Origin: Paracoccus denitrificans
GTDB lineage: Bacteria; Pseudomonadota; Alphaproteobacteria; Rhodobacterales; Rhodobacteraceae
Direction: 5' to 3'
DNA: 64,000 nucleotides
NCBI GenBank assembly: GCA_005768755.1
Contig: VAFL01000004.1
Span: 189,894 to 253,893 of the forward strand
The notes under the pieces are model-generated. The model had not been told where the DNA came from. It made no database searches and saw nothing but the letters and a program-made list of their open reading frames with translations. Position 1 is the first letter of the stretch; the number at the start of each line of letters is the position of its first letter. The position numbers were made by a program, and so were the translations under genes. Below are positions 1 through 8,909 of the stretch, piece by piece.

Positions 1-1
1 G

Positions 2-142
2 TTTGGCCAGGATATCCGCTTTCAGGTCTTCGGCCCGCGCCGGTCGCTATTGCACCGTTTTGGGCTGTCTGGGCAAGACCTTGCCGCCGACGCCATGGCC
101 GCGCTTGAAGAACGCGCTGCATTTCAGCGGTTCGGCGCATGA
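2..142 (+). CDS. 3' end of an unidentified upstream gene (partial at window edge)
   Basis: Frame 2 is open from the window edge to TGA 140-142 (...DLAADAMAALEERAAFQRFGA*). The stop overlaps the ATG of the next small ORF (ATGA). No family recognised. Confidence 0.3.
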   Translation, partial: FGQDIRFQVFGPRRSLLHRFGLSGQDLAADAMAALEERAAFQRFGA

Positions 143-255
143 TCAAGATCGTCGTTACCATACTGCTTCTGATTGTCGCGCTGGCGCTGCTTGCAGGGCC
201 GGGTGTGCGTCGGCTTATCGCCAAATTGTTAGGACTGCCACATCGTGATCGTTGA
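139..255 (+). CDS. 38-aa single-TM small protein (hand-found, below ORF-track cut-off)
   Basis: ATG 139 to TGA 253-255 gives MIKIVVTILLLIVALALLAGPGVRRLIAKLLGLPHRDR. Hydrophobic helix followed by a basic tail. ATGA overlap with the upstream frame and 11-nt overlap with the antiporter start. Confidence 0.3.
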   Translation: MIKIVVTILLLIVALALLAGPGVRRLIAKLLGLPHRDR

Positions 256-1174
256 TATTCTGTTCATTGCCGCCGGACTTGGTCTTCTGGTCGTTGGCGG
301 GGATTTCCTTGTGCGCGGAGCGGTGGCGTTGGCGCTGCGGCTGGGTATCGCCCCGGTCATTGTCGGGCTGACTGTTCTGGCCTTCGGCACCTCGGCCCCC
401 GAACTTCTCGTCTCGGTTGCGGCTGCAATGGGTGGCCAGCCGGGCATTGCGCTTGGCAATGTCGTCGGCTCCAACATCGCCAATGTGCTGGTAATTCTGG
501 GTGCGACGGCGGTCATTGCCCCGGTGCTCAGCAACGATGGGGAATTGAAGATCAGCTGGATCTACGCGGTGGCCGCCTCGATCGTGCTGATCATCCTGTG
601 CTTCCTGGGTCCGCTTGTGTGGTGGCATGGCGCCATCCTGCTGATCGGGCTGGCCGCAACGCTGTATTTTCAGATTTCGCGTGCCCGGCGCGGTCAGGGC
701 GACGTGCCAGAGGTTCACGACGATCACGCCAAACCGGGGCAGGTCGCCCTGTGGCTGATCGTCGGTCTGGTTGCCCTGCCAATCGGCGCGAACTTGCTTG
801 TCACGGGCGCCAGCGATATCGCGCGCGGTTTCGGGATCAGCGATGCAGTCATCGGATTGACGCTTGTGGCAGTCGGCACGTCTTTGCCAGAACTCGCGGC
901 ATCAGTGGCCTCGGCGCTGCGGGGGCGGGCGGACATGGCCCTGGGAAATGTTATCGGCTCCAACCTGTTCAACATCCTGGCGATTCTGGGCATCACGTCG
1001 TTCTTCGGGCCGCTGGACGTGCCTGCGCAGATGCTGCAGTTTGACCTGTGGTTCATGCTGGCGACGACGCTTCTGGTCGGTCCCTTCCTTCTGCGTCACG
1101 TCGCGATTGGCCGGATTGCCGGCACCGCCCTGCTGTCGGTCTACGCGGCCTATACTGTCTGGCTGTTGGCGTGA
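245..1174 (+). CDS. Ca2+/Na+ antiporter, CaCA (YrbG-like) family
   Basis: 309-aa polytopic ORF with GTG start. Duplicated alpha-repeat motifs GTSAPELLVS and GTSLPELAAS typical of CaCA exchangers. Confidence 0.9.
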   Translation: MIVDILFIAAGLGLLVVGGDFLVRGAVALALRLGIAPVIVGLTVLAFGTSAPELLVSVAAAMGGQPGIALGNVVGSNIANVLVILGATAVIAPVLSNDGELKISWIYAVAASIVLIILCFLGPLVWWHGAILLIGLAATLYFQISRARRGQGDVPEVHDDHAKPGQVALWLIVGLVALPIGANLLVTGASDIARGFGISDAVIGLTLVAVGTSLPELAASVASALRGRADMALGNVIGSNLFNILAILGITSFFGPLDVPAQMLQFDLWFMLATTLLVGPFLLRHVAIGRIAGTALLSVYAAYTVWLLA

Positions 1175-1944
1175 CCGTTGCGCTTGTCACCGGGGGCGCG
1201 CGTCGGCTGGGGCGTGCCATGGCATTGGCCTTGGCCGAAGACGGTCTGGATGTGGCCATCCATTGCCATTCGTCGGGGCCAGACGCGCAGGCCCTGGCGG
1301 AAGAGATCCGTTCCAAGGGTGTCCGGGTTGAAGTTTTCACCGCGGACCTGCTGAACCTTGATATGGCCGAGGGGCTGGTCGCCCGGGTCGCTGCGCGCAT
1401 GGGGCAGGTGTCGGTGCTGGTCAACAATGCGTCGATCTTCGAACATGACGATATCTGCAGCGCGACGCGTGACAGCTGGGATCGCCACATCGGGTCGAAC
1501 CTGCGCGCGCCATTCATTCTTGCGCAGTCATTCGCCGCGCAGGCAGCACCCGCCGGCACCCACGCAGGAGAGGCAGAGGCCACAGGGCTAATCGTCAACA
1601 TGATCGATCAGCGTGTCTTGAAACCGACGCCGCAATTCATCACCTATTCGATCGCGAAGGCTGCATTATGGGACATGACGCAGATGCTCGCGCAGGCGCT
1701 GGCGCCCGCGATCCGTGTCAATGCCATCGGTCCGGGGCCGACCCTGCAGGGCGCGCGGCAGACGGCCGAGGACTTTGCCCGTCAACGTCGCGCCACCATT
1801 CTGGAACGCGGCGCAGACGCAAGCGATGTCACAGATGCGCTTCTGTATTTCCTGCGGGCGCGGGCCGTCACGGGTCAATTGATCTGCGTTGACGGTGGCC
1901 AGCATCTGGCATGGCAAACAGACGACCTGGCGGTGCAGGAGTAG
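1171..1944 (+). CDS. SDR-family oxidoreductase (pteridine-reductase-like)
   Basis: Track ORF 1048..1944 trimmed to GTG 1171 (GTGA overlap with the antiporter stop). Has TGGARRLG cofactor motif, NNAS, and catalytic YSIAK (YxxxK). Confidence 0.85.
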   Translation: MTVALVTGGARRLGRAMALALAEDGLDVAIHCHSSGPDAQALAEEIRSKGVRVEVFTADLLNLDMAEGLVARVAARMGQVSVLVNNASIFEHDDICSATRDSWDRHIGSNLRAPFILAQSFAAQAAPAGTHAGEAEATGLIVNMIDQRVLKPTPQFITYSIAKAALWDMTQMLAQALAPAIRVNAIGPGPTLQGARQTAEDFARQRRATILERGADASDVTDALLYFLRARAVTGQLICVDGGQHLAWQTDDLAVQE

Positions 1945-2155
1945 CGGCCGCCGCCCGCGGGCAGCAAACTGTCCACCTGTTTAATGAAGGTAACAAAAAC
2001 GTAAAGATTCCCCGTTGTTTTTCAGTCCTTTGTCGCGATCACATAAAATAGTTACTGAAATCAATGCGTTGCTTATATGCCTAAATATTGTGCAATCACG
2101 GAAATCGCCATGAACTGTAAGGAAATCTGCCTGAGGCCACAGCCCGCCCACAGAG

Positions 2156-2164
2156 TTATCCACA
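2156..2164 (+). promoter_or_regulatory. Perfect consensus DnaA box TTATCCACA in the AT-rich uvrC upstream region
   Basis: Exact TTATCCACA at 2156-2164. It lies within a palindrome TCCAC-N7-GTGGA (2159-2175), about 80 nt upstream of the uvrC ATG. Function not established. Confidence 0.3.
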
Positions 2165-2243
2165 GATTCCGTGGACAGTATTCCCCTTGCCTTTGCATGG
2201 CAGAACTTGCAGCCATCGACCAGAATCACTCATCCTTCCAGAC

Positions 2244-4100
2244 ATGACGCACTCCGCCCCAAAACCGACCGGCCAATTGCTGATCGCAGACTATCTGAAG
2301 ACACTGGACAGCAGTCCCGGCGTCTATCGGATGCTGGGTGAAAAAGGGGATGTGCTTTACGTCGGCAAGGCGCGGAACCTGAAGGCGCGGGTTTCGAATT
2401 ATGCGCGCGGGCAGGGGCACACGCATCGTATCGCCCGGATGATCCGTGAAACACATTCGATGATGTTTCTGACCACGCGCACCGAGACCGAGGCGCTGCT
2501 GCTGGAACAGAACCTCATCAAGCAACTGAAGCCGCGCTACAATGTGCTGCTGCGCGACGACAAGAGTTTTCCCAACATTCTGGTCGCGAAGTCGCATCCC
2601 TTCCCGCAGATCAAGAAGCACCGGGGCGCAAAATCGGAAAAGGGCGACTATTACGGCCCCTTCGCCGGGGCGGGGGCAGTCAACCGGACGCTGAACCAGT
2701 TGCAGCGTGTCTTCCTGCTGCGCAACTGCACGGACGCCGTGTTCGAAAGCAGAACCCGGCCCTGCCTTCTGTACCAGATCAAGCGCTGCAGTGCGCCCTG
2801 TGTCGGCAAGATTGATGAGCGTGACTACAACGCGCTCGTCAATGATGCAGAGCTTTTCCTGAAGGGGCGCAGCACAAGGATACAGGCAGATCTTGCGGCC
2901 GAGATGGCGCAGGCCTCGGCCGATATGGAATATGAGCGCGCGGCCGCCCTGCGGGACCGGATCAAGGCGCTGACTGCAGTGCAATCGGTGCAGGCGATCA
3001 ACCCGCGCCGCATCTCCGAAGCCGATATTGTCGCGCTGCATATGGATGGCGGACAGGCCTGTGTGCAGGTTTTCTTCATCCGTGGCAATCAAAGCTGGGG
3101 CAACCGCGACTTTTATCCGCGCCTGAACGGCGTGGAATCCCCGGATGAGGTGATGCAGGCGTTCCTGATCCAGTTCTATGACAGCAAGGTGCCGCCGCGC
3201 ATGGTGCTGCTGTCCCACGGCGTCGAGGATATGGATCTGATGCGCAATGCGCTGTCCGAAAAGGCGGGCCGAAAGGTCGTGCTGGGCGTTCCGCAACGTG
3301 GCGAGAAGGCCGAGATGGTCGAAAACGCGCTGCGCAACGCCCGCGAAAGCCTTGCGCGGCGTATGTCTGAAAGCGCCACTCAGCTGCGGCTGCTTGAAGG
3401 GCTGGCCGAGGCCTTCGATCTGCCCGGCCCCCCGCGCCGGATCGAGGTTTACGACAACTCTCACATCATGGGCACGAATGCCGTCGGCGGCATGGTCGTC
3501 GCCGGGCCCGAGGGCTGGATCAAAAGCCAGTATCGGAAGTTCAACATCAAGGGGACAGAGATCACGCCGGGCGACGATTTCGGCATGATGAAAGAGGTGC
3601 TGACCCGCCGTTTCACCCGGCTGCTGAAGGAAGACCCTGATCGCGAAAGCGAGGCTTGGCCCGATCTGCTGCTGATCGACGGCGGTGCCGGTCAGGTCAG
3701 CGCTGTTCATGAGATCATGGCCGATCTTGGGGTCGAGGACATTCCCATGATCGGCGTGGCCAAGGGCCAGGATCGCGACCACGGGAAAGAAGAGTTCTAT
3801 CGGTTCGGCCTGCGGCCCTTCGCGCTGCGCATGAATGATCCGGTCCTGTATTTCATCCAGCGCATGCGCGACGAGGCGCATCGTTGGGCGATCGGCACAC
3901 ATCGCGCCAAGCGTGCGAAAGCGGTGTCGGCCACGCCTTTGGACGAAGTGGCGGGGGTGGGCGCGGCGCGCAAGAAGGCGCTGTTGGCACATTTCGGATC
4001 GGCCAAGGCGGTCAGTCGCGCGGCGGTCGCGGACCTGATGGCGGTCGAAGGAATCAACGAAGGGCTGGCGCAGAAGATCTATGACCACTTCCGGGGCTAG
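2244..4100 (+). CDS. uvrC: Excinuclease ABC subunit C
   Basis: Track ORF 2187..4100 trimmed to ATG 2244 (618 aa). GIY-YIG motif [24 protein letters not shown] region and C-terminal HhH ([18 protein letters not shown]). Confidence 0.95.
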   Translation: MTHSAPKPTGQLLIADYLKTLDSSPGVYRMLGEKGDVLYVGKARNLKARVSNYARGQGHTHRIARMIRETHSMMFLTTRTETEALLLEQNLIKQLKPRYNVLLRDDKSFPNILVAKSHPFPQIKKHRGAKSEKGDYYGPFAGAGAVNRTLNQLQRVFLLRNCTDAVFESRTRPCLLYQIKRCSAPCVGKIDERDYNALVNDAELFLKGRSTRIQADLAAEMAQASADMEYERAAALRDRIKALTAVQSVQAINPRRISEADIVALHMDGGQACVQVFFIRGNQSWGNRDFYPRLNGVESPDEVMQAFLIQFYDSKVPPRMVLLSHGVEDMDLMRNALSEKAGRKVVLGVPQRGEKAEMVENALRNARESLARRMSESATQLRLLEGLAEAFDLPGPPRRIEVYDNSHIMGTNAVGGMVVAGPEGWIKSQYRKFNIKGTEITPGDDFGMMKEVLTRRFTRLLKEDPDRESEAWPDLLLIDGGAGQVSAVHEIMADLGVEDIPMIGVAKGQDRDHGKEEFYRFGLRPFALRMNDPVLYFIQRMRDEAHRWAIGTHRAKRAKAVSATPLDEVAGVGAARKKALLAHFGSAKAVSRAAVADLMAVEGINEGLAQKIYDHFRG

Positions 4101-4783
4101 GCCGGGCCTGCCTCTGTCACGATCAGATCCATCGCCAAATCATGCGGCTGGGGATAGATCGTCGGCAGCCGGCCCGCGTCCAGCCCGATACCGATCGCGA
4201 AGGGGCGCGGGTGCAGGTTGGACAGCGTGCGGTCGTAAAAGCCGCCACCGTAACCCATACGAAAGCGGGCCGCGTCCCAGCCGACCAGCGGGGCTAGCAC
4301 GATTTGCGGCGTGGCTGTCGCGTCGGTTGCAGGTTCGGGGATGTTCCAGCGACCGGCGCGCATTTCTGCCTCGGGCGTCCAGGGGCGAAAGATCAGCGGC
4401 TGGTCCTTGCCCGTCACCACCGGCAGCGCGATCCTGACGCCGAGCGCCGATTGTCGTGCCATCCAGCCCCGCAGATCAGGCTCGGCCCGGATTGGCCAGA
4501 AGCCTGCAAGAACCATGCCGTCCGCACCGCCGAACCGGTCTGTCAGAACCCTGTCCAGATGCCCCGCGATGGCGGGGTCAGCAGCGGCGCGGGCGGCATC
4601 GGTCAGTGCCTCGCGTTCCGCGATAAGCCGCGCACGTTCCGCCTTGCGCCAGCGCGCAGCATCGCGTGCCGCCGCGGCGTCCACGGCATAGGGATCGAAA
4701 TAGCCGGGCGCAATCTCAGCCGCCATGCAAGCGGGCGAGGCGTAGTCGCGCGGGGGTTCGTCATCGGACGTGGATTCAGACAT
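4097..4783 (-). CDS. 5-formyltetrahydrofolate cyclo-ligase
   Basis: Track ORF 4097..4846 trimmed to the second ATG (MSESTSDD...). C-terminal [11 protein letters not shown] motif typical of the MTHFS family. Start is uncertain. Confidence 0.8.
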   Translation of the reverse strand: MSESTSDDEPPRDYASPACMAAEIAPGYFDPYAVDAAAARDAARWRKAERARLIAEREALTDAARAAADPAIAGHLDRVLTDRFGGADGMVLAGFWPIRAEPDLRGWMARQSALGVRIALPVVTGKDQPLIFRPWTPEAEMRAGRWNIPEPATDATATPQIVLAPLVGWDAARFRMGYGGGFYDRTLSNLHPRPFAIGIGLDAGRLPTIYPQPHDLAMDLIVTEAGPA

Positions 4784-4860
4784 TGCTTCGTCTTGAGGCT
4801 GGCGGCATTCGCTGCAATGCTGCCCTTGTCCGGCAGCATTTGACAAGGAAAAGTGCCCAG

Positions 4861-5109
4861 ATGGCCGATGTTACCCGCAAGGGCGAGGAATTTACCGTCG
4901 ATGCCGGCATTATCGCCGATGGGCTTGGCCTGCCCGAACACGCCATTGCCCGCGCCATGTCGACGGGCGCCATCACCACCCGCACCGAACGCGGCGAGGG
5001 CGAGGATGAAGGCAGGTTCCGGCTGTCATTCTTTCACCGCGACAAGGTGCTGCGCCTGACGGTTGATGCCAAGGGTAATATCCTCAGCCGGGCGCGCTTT
5101 TCGCGTTGA
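4861..5109 (+). CDS. Small conserved hypothetical protein (resembles DUF6522-type proteins, from memory)
   Basis: Track ORF 4666..5109 trimmed to ATG 4861 (82 aa): MADVTRKGEEFTVDAGIIADGLGLPEHAI...RTERGEGEDEGRFRLSFFHRDKVLRL. Confidence 0.6.
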   Translation: MADVTRKGEEFTVDAGIIADGLGLPEHAIARAMSTGAITTRTERGEGEDEGRFRLSFFHRDKVLRLTVDAKGNILSRARFSR

Positions 5110-5130
5110 TTGTAATCATCGGGACGTCTC

Positions 5131-5985
5131 ATGACAGCACAGAAGAAGGCAGCCTTTATACTGGCGCTTACGGCAAGCATCGCTGCAACCGCGCCCGCGC
5201 GCGCCGATGACCGGGCGGCGCTGATCGATTTCTTCGCGGCTCGGGGCTGCGCCATCGGCCCGGCCACGCGCGATGCTGCCATCGCCGAAGGCTTTTCGGC
5301 TGAATTCATCGACGCAGTTGCCCTGGCCGAGGCGCAGATCAATGGCGCGACGAAGACAGGCGCTTGGCTGGTTCTCGCGCCCGAAAGCTGCACCATCCGA
5401 ATGCCGGATGTCTCAAGCCGCATGAAGGTTGAAGACGAAGATGTCGGCCCGGTTTTCACGGCCTCGGAAGAAGATGCGGAACTGGGCTATGACGGCTGCT
5501 ACGCGTCGGCCAGCCTGTTCGAAACGGTACAGCAAAGCCGTGGATGGGACCCCGATACCGCGAATGAGGAATATATTCGTTTCGTCGCCGAAAACCTGAT
5601 TTCGAAGCAGCTATCCTTTTATTCGGATAGCCCGCTAAGCACGCCGCCGGGCTTAATGCTGACAACCGGTCCCTGCGCCGACTTCCCCGGCATAAAGGAT
5701 GTGCGCGAAAGTCAGAATTTTCTGGCCGCAAATTTCGACCCGATCCTGCGCAGGATGATGACCGAAAACATGTGTGAGGACATCTCGGTCGGGCTTTATC
5801 TCGACATCAACGAACTGTCAGGCCTGAAACCCGGCACACGGACGACCAACGCCTGGACCAGTTTCGAGGCGGTTTTGATCGGAATGGGCGCAGGCTGGTA
5901 TGAAGGCATGAGCGCCACGGAAAAAGGCGTGCCGCGACCGCCACTGTGTCACTACGCCGAAACCGGGGCCAGTGACGCGCAATGA
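5131..5985 (+). CDS. Exported Cys-containing hypothetical protein
   Basis: 284-aa ORF with N-terminal signal peptide MTAQKKAAFILALTASIAATAPARA|DD. Seven Cys in the mature part. No family recognised. Confidence 0.7.
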   Translation: MTAQKKAAFILALTASIAATAPARADDRAALIDFFAARGCAIGPATRDAAIAEGFSAEFIDAVALAEAQINGATKTGAWLVLAPESCTIRMPDVSSRMKVEDEDVGPVFTASEEDAELGYDGCYASASLFETVQQSRGWDPDTANEEYIRFVAENLISKQLSFYSDSPLSTPPGLMLTTGPCADFPGIKDVRESQNFLAANFDPILRRMMTENMCEDISVGLYLDINELSGLKPGTRTTNAWTSFEAVLIGMGAGWYEGMSATEKGVPRPPLCHYAETGASDAQ

Positions 5986-5988
5986 AAA

Positions 5989-6010
5989 AGGCCCGCCGGA
6001 AAGGCGGGCC
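5989..6010. terminator. Bidirectional rho-independent terminator
   Basis: GGCCCGCC-GGAAA-GGCGGGCC hairpin flanked by an A-run upstream and TTGATT downstream. Sits between convergent genes 5131..5985 (+) and sodB (-). Confidence 0.75.
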
Positions 6011-6030
6011 TTGATTGGATCTGACGGGGA

Positions 6031-6630
6031 TTACAGGCGCGAGGCCACGTTTTCCCAGTTGACCAGCTTGTCGAGGAAATTCGACAGATAGCCCGGCCGC
6101 TTGTTGCGGAAGTCGATGTAATAGGAATGTTCCCACACATCGCACCCCAGAAGCGCGGTCTGGTCGTAGCACAGCGGGTTCACGCCATTTTCGGTCTTGG
6201 TGACGGCAAGCGATCCATCAGCGTTCTTGACCAGCCACACCCAGCCGGAACCGAACTGACCCGCGCCAGCGGCAGCGAATTCTTCCTTGAACTTGTCAAC
6301 GGAACCGAAGCTGTCTTCGATCGCCTTTTTCAGGTTCGCAGGCATTTCGGACGTATCGCCCGACATCATTTCCCAGAACTGGCTGTGATTCCAGTGCTGG
6401 CTGGCATTGTTGAAGATGCCGTTCTGGGCAACGGCGCCCTTCTGGAAGTTACCTTTGACGATTTCTTCCAGCGACTTGTCGGCCCATTCAGTGCCGTCGA
6501 TTGCCTTGTTCAGGTTGTCGACATAGGCCTTGTGGTGAATGTCGTGGTGATATTCCAGCGTCTCCTTGGACATGCCGTTAGCGGCAAGTGCATCATGGGC
6601 ATAGGGAAGATCGGGAAGCGTAAAGGCCAT
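6031..6630 (-). CDS. sodB: Fe/Mn superoxide dismutase
   Basis: Track ORF trimmed to MAFTLPDLPYAHDAL (199 aa). Metal ligand motifs HHDIHH and DVWEHSYYIDFRNKRP. Confidence 0.93.
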   Translation of the reverse strand: MAFTLPDLPYAHDALAANGMSKETLEYHHDIHHKAYVDNLNKAIDGTEWADKSLEEIVKGNFQKGAVAQNGIFNNASQHWNHSQFWEMMSGDTSEMPANLKKAIEDSFGSVDKFKEEFAAAGAGQFGSGWVWLVKNADGSLAVTKTENGVNPLCYDQTALLGCDVWEHSYYIDFRNKRPGYLSNFLDKLVNWENVASRL

Positions 6631-6743
6631 GTGTTCATCCTCTCTCTGGGGCGTGCCATATGCGCGCCCGGCTACGGTCACCCACGCAACGCGGCGCGCT
6701 TGGCGCAGGTTCCGGCGTCACGCTTAACATATGGTGGCTGAAA

Positions 6744-6773
6744 GAAAAAAGCCCCGAGGCAATGCCTCGGGGC
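6744..6773 (-). terminator. Rho-independent terminator
   Basis: GCCCCGAGGC-AAT-GCCTCGGGGC hairpin followed, on the minus strand, by a T-run. Lies directly downstream of gene 6798..7022. Confidence 0.8.
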
Positions 6774-6797
6774 TGTCTGCGAAATGACGCTGAACGA

Positions 6798-7022
6798 TCA
6801 GTTTGCGGCCGGGGCCGGCTCTGCCTCGGTTGTGACAGCTGCATCGGCGGCCGGTTCAGCAGTCTCTTCCACCGTGACAGCGGCTTCTGCGCTCGGCTCC
6901 GTCTCTGCTGTCGGGGCATCGTCGCCGCCGCTCATCAGCCAGAAGATCACCAGAACGGCGACAACAAGCGCGCCCACGATGAAGTAGAGGTTGTTGTTGG
7001 TGCTGCGAACTTCGTTAGCCAT
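6798..7022 (-). CDS. Small single-TM protein with acidic Ala/Glu/Thr-rich tail
   Basis: Track ORF trimmed to MANEVRSTNNNLYFIVGALVVAVLVIFWLMSGG... (74 aa). One TM helix, with its own terminator. Confidence 0.6.
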   Translation of the reverse strand: MANEVRSTNNNLYFIVGALVVAVLVIFWLMSGGDDAPTAETEPSAEAAVTVEETAEPAADAAVTTEAEPAPAAN

Positions 7023-7200
7023 TGGATTTGCTCCGCTTTGGATTGCTGTTGTGACGTATAATGCGCAACTCGGCATCTGGATCCATTGATGCAACAATCT
7101 GCCGCAGGAATATGCTGCAAACTTCTGCGATTGACCTGTTCGGCGGGGTTTTGCCGGTGATCCAAAGCGCTTAACTAGGGGGCAGCCGAAAGGAAAGCTG

Positions 7201-8436
7201 ATGTTCTGGGTCTTCGCCGCAGCCCTGACCGCGATGGTCGCGCTTGCAATTCTGCGTCCGTTCTGGCGCGATCGTGCCGTGGCGACCGCATCCCCGGCCA
7301 GCTATGACCTGCGGGTTTATCGCGATCAGCTGGCAGAGGTAGACCGGGATCTTATGCGCGGCATCATCACATCCGCAGAGGCAGAGCGCCTTCGGATCGA
7401 GATCGGGCGGAAGGTTCTTGATGCTGATCGCGCTTTGAATCGCGAACCCAACCCCGAGCAGGCGGCTGTTCGGAGACATTCAGTTCTTGCCGTCTTGGCG
7501 CTGGCGGTTCTGATCGGTGCGGGCTGGTTGCTTTACGCGCGCATCGGCGCCCCGTCGGCCCCGGATATGGGCTTGCAATCCCGCTTTGCCGCTGCCGAGG
7601 CCCGTTATGCCGCGCGTCCCAGCCAGGCCGAGGCCGAAGCCCGCCATGCGGCGCGAAATCCCGTTCCCGCGCCACAACCAAGCGAGGAGGATGCCGCATT
7701 GATGAACCAGTTGCGAGAGGCTGTTGCCAGCCGTCCTGGCGATTTGCGCGGGCTGGAAATGCTTGCCAGGAATGAGGCCCTGATAGGCGATCCAGTGGCT
7801 GCCCGAAAGGCGCAGGCCAATCTGATCGAGGTAAAGGGGAAGGACGCCACAGCCGCCGAATATGCCTTGCTGGCAGGGTTCATGGTGGATGCAGCGGGCG
7901 GGATCATCACGCCGGAAGCTGAACAGGAAATCGCCCACGCGCTGGAGATCGATCCCCAGAACGTGCATGCCAGATACATGACGGGGCTGTTGCAGGCGCA
8001 GAACGGGCGACCTGATCGCGCCTTTCCCGTCTGGGCTGGCGTGCTCGAAGATGCGCCAGCTGATTCCCCCTGGGCGCAGGCAATCGCGCAGGTGATCGAT
8101 GATGTGGCCTGGCTGGCTGGTGCGCCTGACTATGTCGCGCCAGCCGCGCGGTCGTTGCGGGGGCCCGACCAGGACGCGGTGGCGGCTGCGGCCGACATGA
8201 CGCCCGAAGATCGGCAGGCTTTCATCGACAGCATGGTCGACCAGCTTTCAAGCCGGCTGGCAAATGAAGGCGGCAGTGCCGAGGAATGGGCGCAGCTGAT
8301 CGTTGCCTTGGGCGTTCAGGGCAAGCGCGAACAGGCCAGCAGGATACATGCCGAAGCGCGCGGGGTTTTCGCCAGCATGCCAGACGCGCTGGCCATGGTG
8401 GACGAGGCCGCGCGTTCGGCAGGTGTGCTGCAATGA
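7201..8436 (+). CDS. ccmI: Cytochrome c-type biogenesis protein CcmI (CycH)
   Basis: 411 aa. N-terminus [23 protein letters not shown] plus a second TM, then a TPR-like periplasmic domain. AAGGAAAG Shine-Dalgarno (SD) sequence before the ATG. Confidence 0.85.
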   Translation: MFWVFAAALTAMVALAILRPFWRDRAVATASPASYDLRVYRDQLAEVDRDLMRGIITSAEAERLRIEIGRKVLDADRALNREPNPEQAAVRRHSVLAVLALAVLIGAGWLLYARIGAPSAPDMGLQSRFAAAEARYAARPSQAEAEARHAARNPVPAPQPSEEDAALMNQLREAVASRPGDLRGLEMLARNEALIGDPVAARKAQANLIEVKGKDATAAEYALLAGFMVDAAGGIITPEAEQEIAHALEIDPQNVHARYMTGLLQAQNGRPDRAFPVWAGVLEDAPADSPWAQAIAQVIDDVAWLAGAPDYVAPAARSLRGPDQDAVAAAADMTPEDRQAFIDSMVDQLSSRLANEGGSAEEWAQLIVALGVQGKREQASRIHAEARGVFASMPDALAMVDEAARSAGVLQ

Positions 8437-8906
8437 TACATGACGATATTGCCGCCTTCGCCGCCGCCCTGCCACGCGCGGGTGCCATTGCCGGGCTTGA
8501 TCTGGGCACCAAGACCATTGGCGTTGCGGTCAGCGACGGATTGCGCCAGGTGGCATCGCCGATCACGGTGATCCGGCGCGAGAAGTTCACCCTCGATGCG
8601 CAGGCGCTTCTGAAGATCGTGGCGGATCGGGGGCTGGTCGGTCTGGTGCTTGGCCTGCCGCGCAACATGGACGGATCGGAAGGACCACGCGCCCAGTCGA
8701 CGCGGGCCTTCGCCCGCAACCTGAAGCGGCTTTCCGAGTTGCCCATCGGCTTCTGGGACGAGCGTCTGTCCACCGTCGCCGCCGAGCGCGCCTTGCTGGA
8801 GGCTGACACCTCGCGCAAGCGACGCTCTGAGGTGATCGATCAGGTCGCCGCCGGCTATATCTTGCAAGGTGCGTTGGACCGGCTGCGTTTTCTGGGCGCG
8901 GGCTGA
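8433..8906 (+). CDS. ruvX: Holliday junction resolvase-like RuvX (YqgF)
   Basis: Track ORF trimmed to ATG 8433 (ATGA overlap with the ccmI stop). [15 protein letters not shown] motif, 157 aa. Confidence 0.9.
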   Translation: MIHDDIAAFAAALPRAGAIAGLDLGTKTIGVAVSDGLRQVASPITVIRREKFTLDAQALLKIVADRGLVGLVLGLPRNMDGSEGPRAQSTRAFARNLKRLSELPIGFWDERLSTVAAERALLEADTSRKRRSEVIDQVAAGYILQGALDRLRFLGAG

Positions 8907-8909
8907 CCG

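Noticed and set aside
3-248. 81-aa frame-3 ORF at the window start
   Set aside because: The translation is Arg/Ala/Cys-rich and implausible. The region is better explained by the frame-2 3' end (2..142) plus the 38-aa TM mini-ORF.
2100-2130. Alphaproteobacterial LexA SOS box (GAAC-N7-GAAC / GTTC-N7-GTTC) upstream of uvrC
   Set aside because: The closest string is GAACTGTAAGGAAAT, where the second half-site and spacing do not match.
1981-2229. 82-aa minus-strand ORF in the AT-rich uvrC upstream region
   Set aside because: It has atypical composition for this genome, no SD or family signal, and lies in what looks like a promoter or regulatory region.
1945-2243. Chromosomal replication origin (AT-rich region plus DnaA box)
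   Set aside because: I could find only one consensus DnaA box, and the other candidates have 3 or more mismatches. There are no clustered boxes or clear CtrA sites (TTAA-N7-TTAA). The gene context (SDR / uvrC) is not the usual alphaproteobacterial oriC neighbourhood.
2226-4088. 620-aa minus-strand ORF opposite uvrC. Similar long antisense ORFs lie opposite topA (13239..14897), the helicase (32307..33899) and the ABC permeases (27847..29139, 28980..29717, 29630..30580)
   Set aside because: Each fully overlaps a plus- or minus-strand gene with clear family motifs. The translations are Arg/Gly/His-rich with no recognisable domains. These are GC-driven artefacts.
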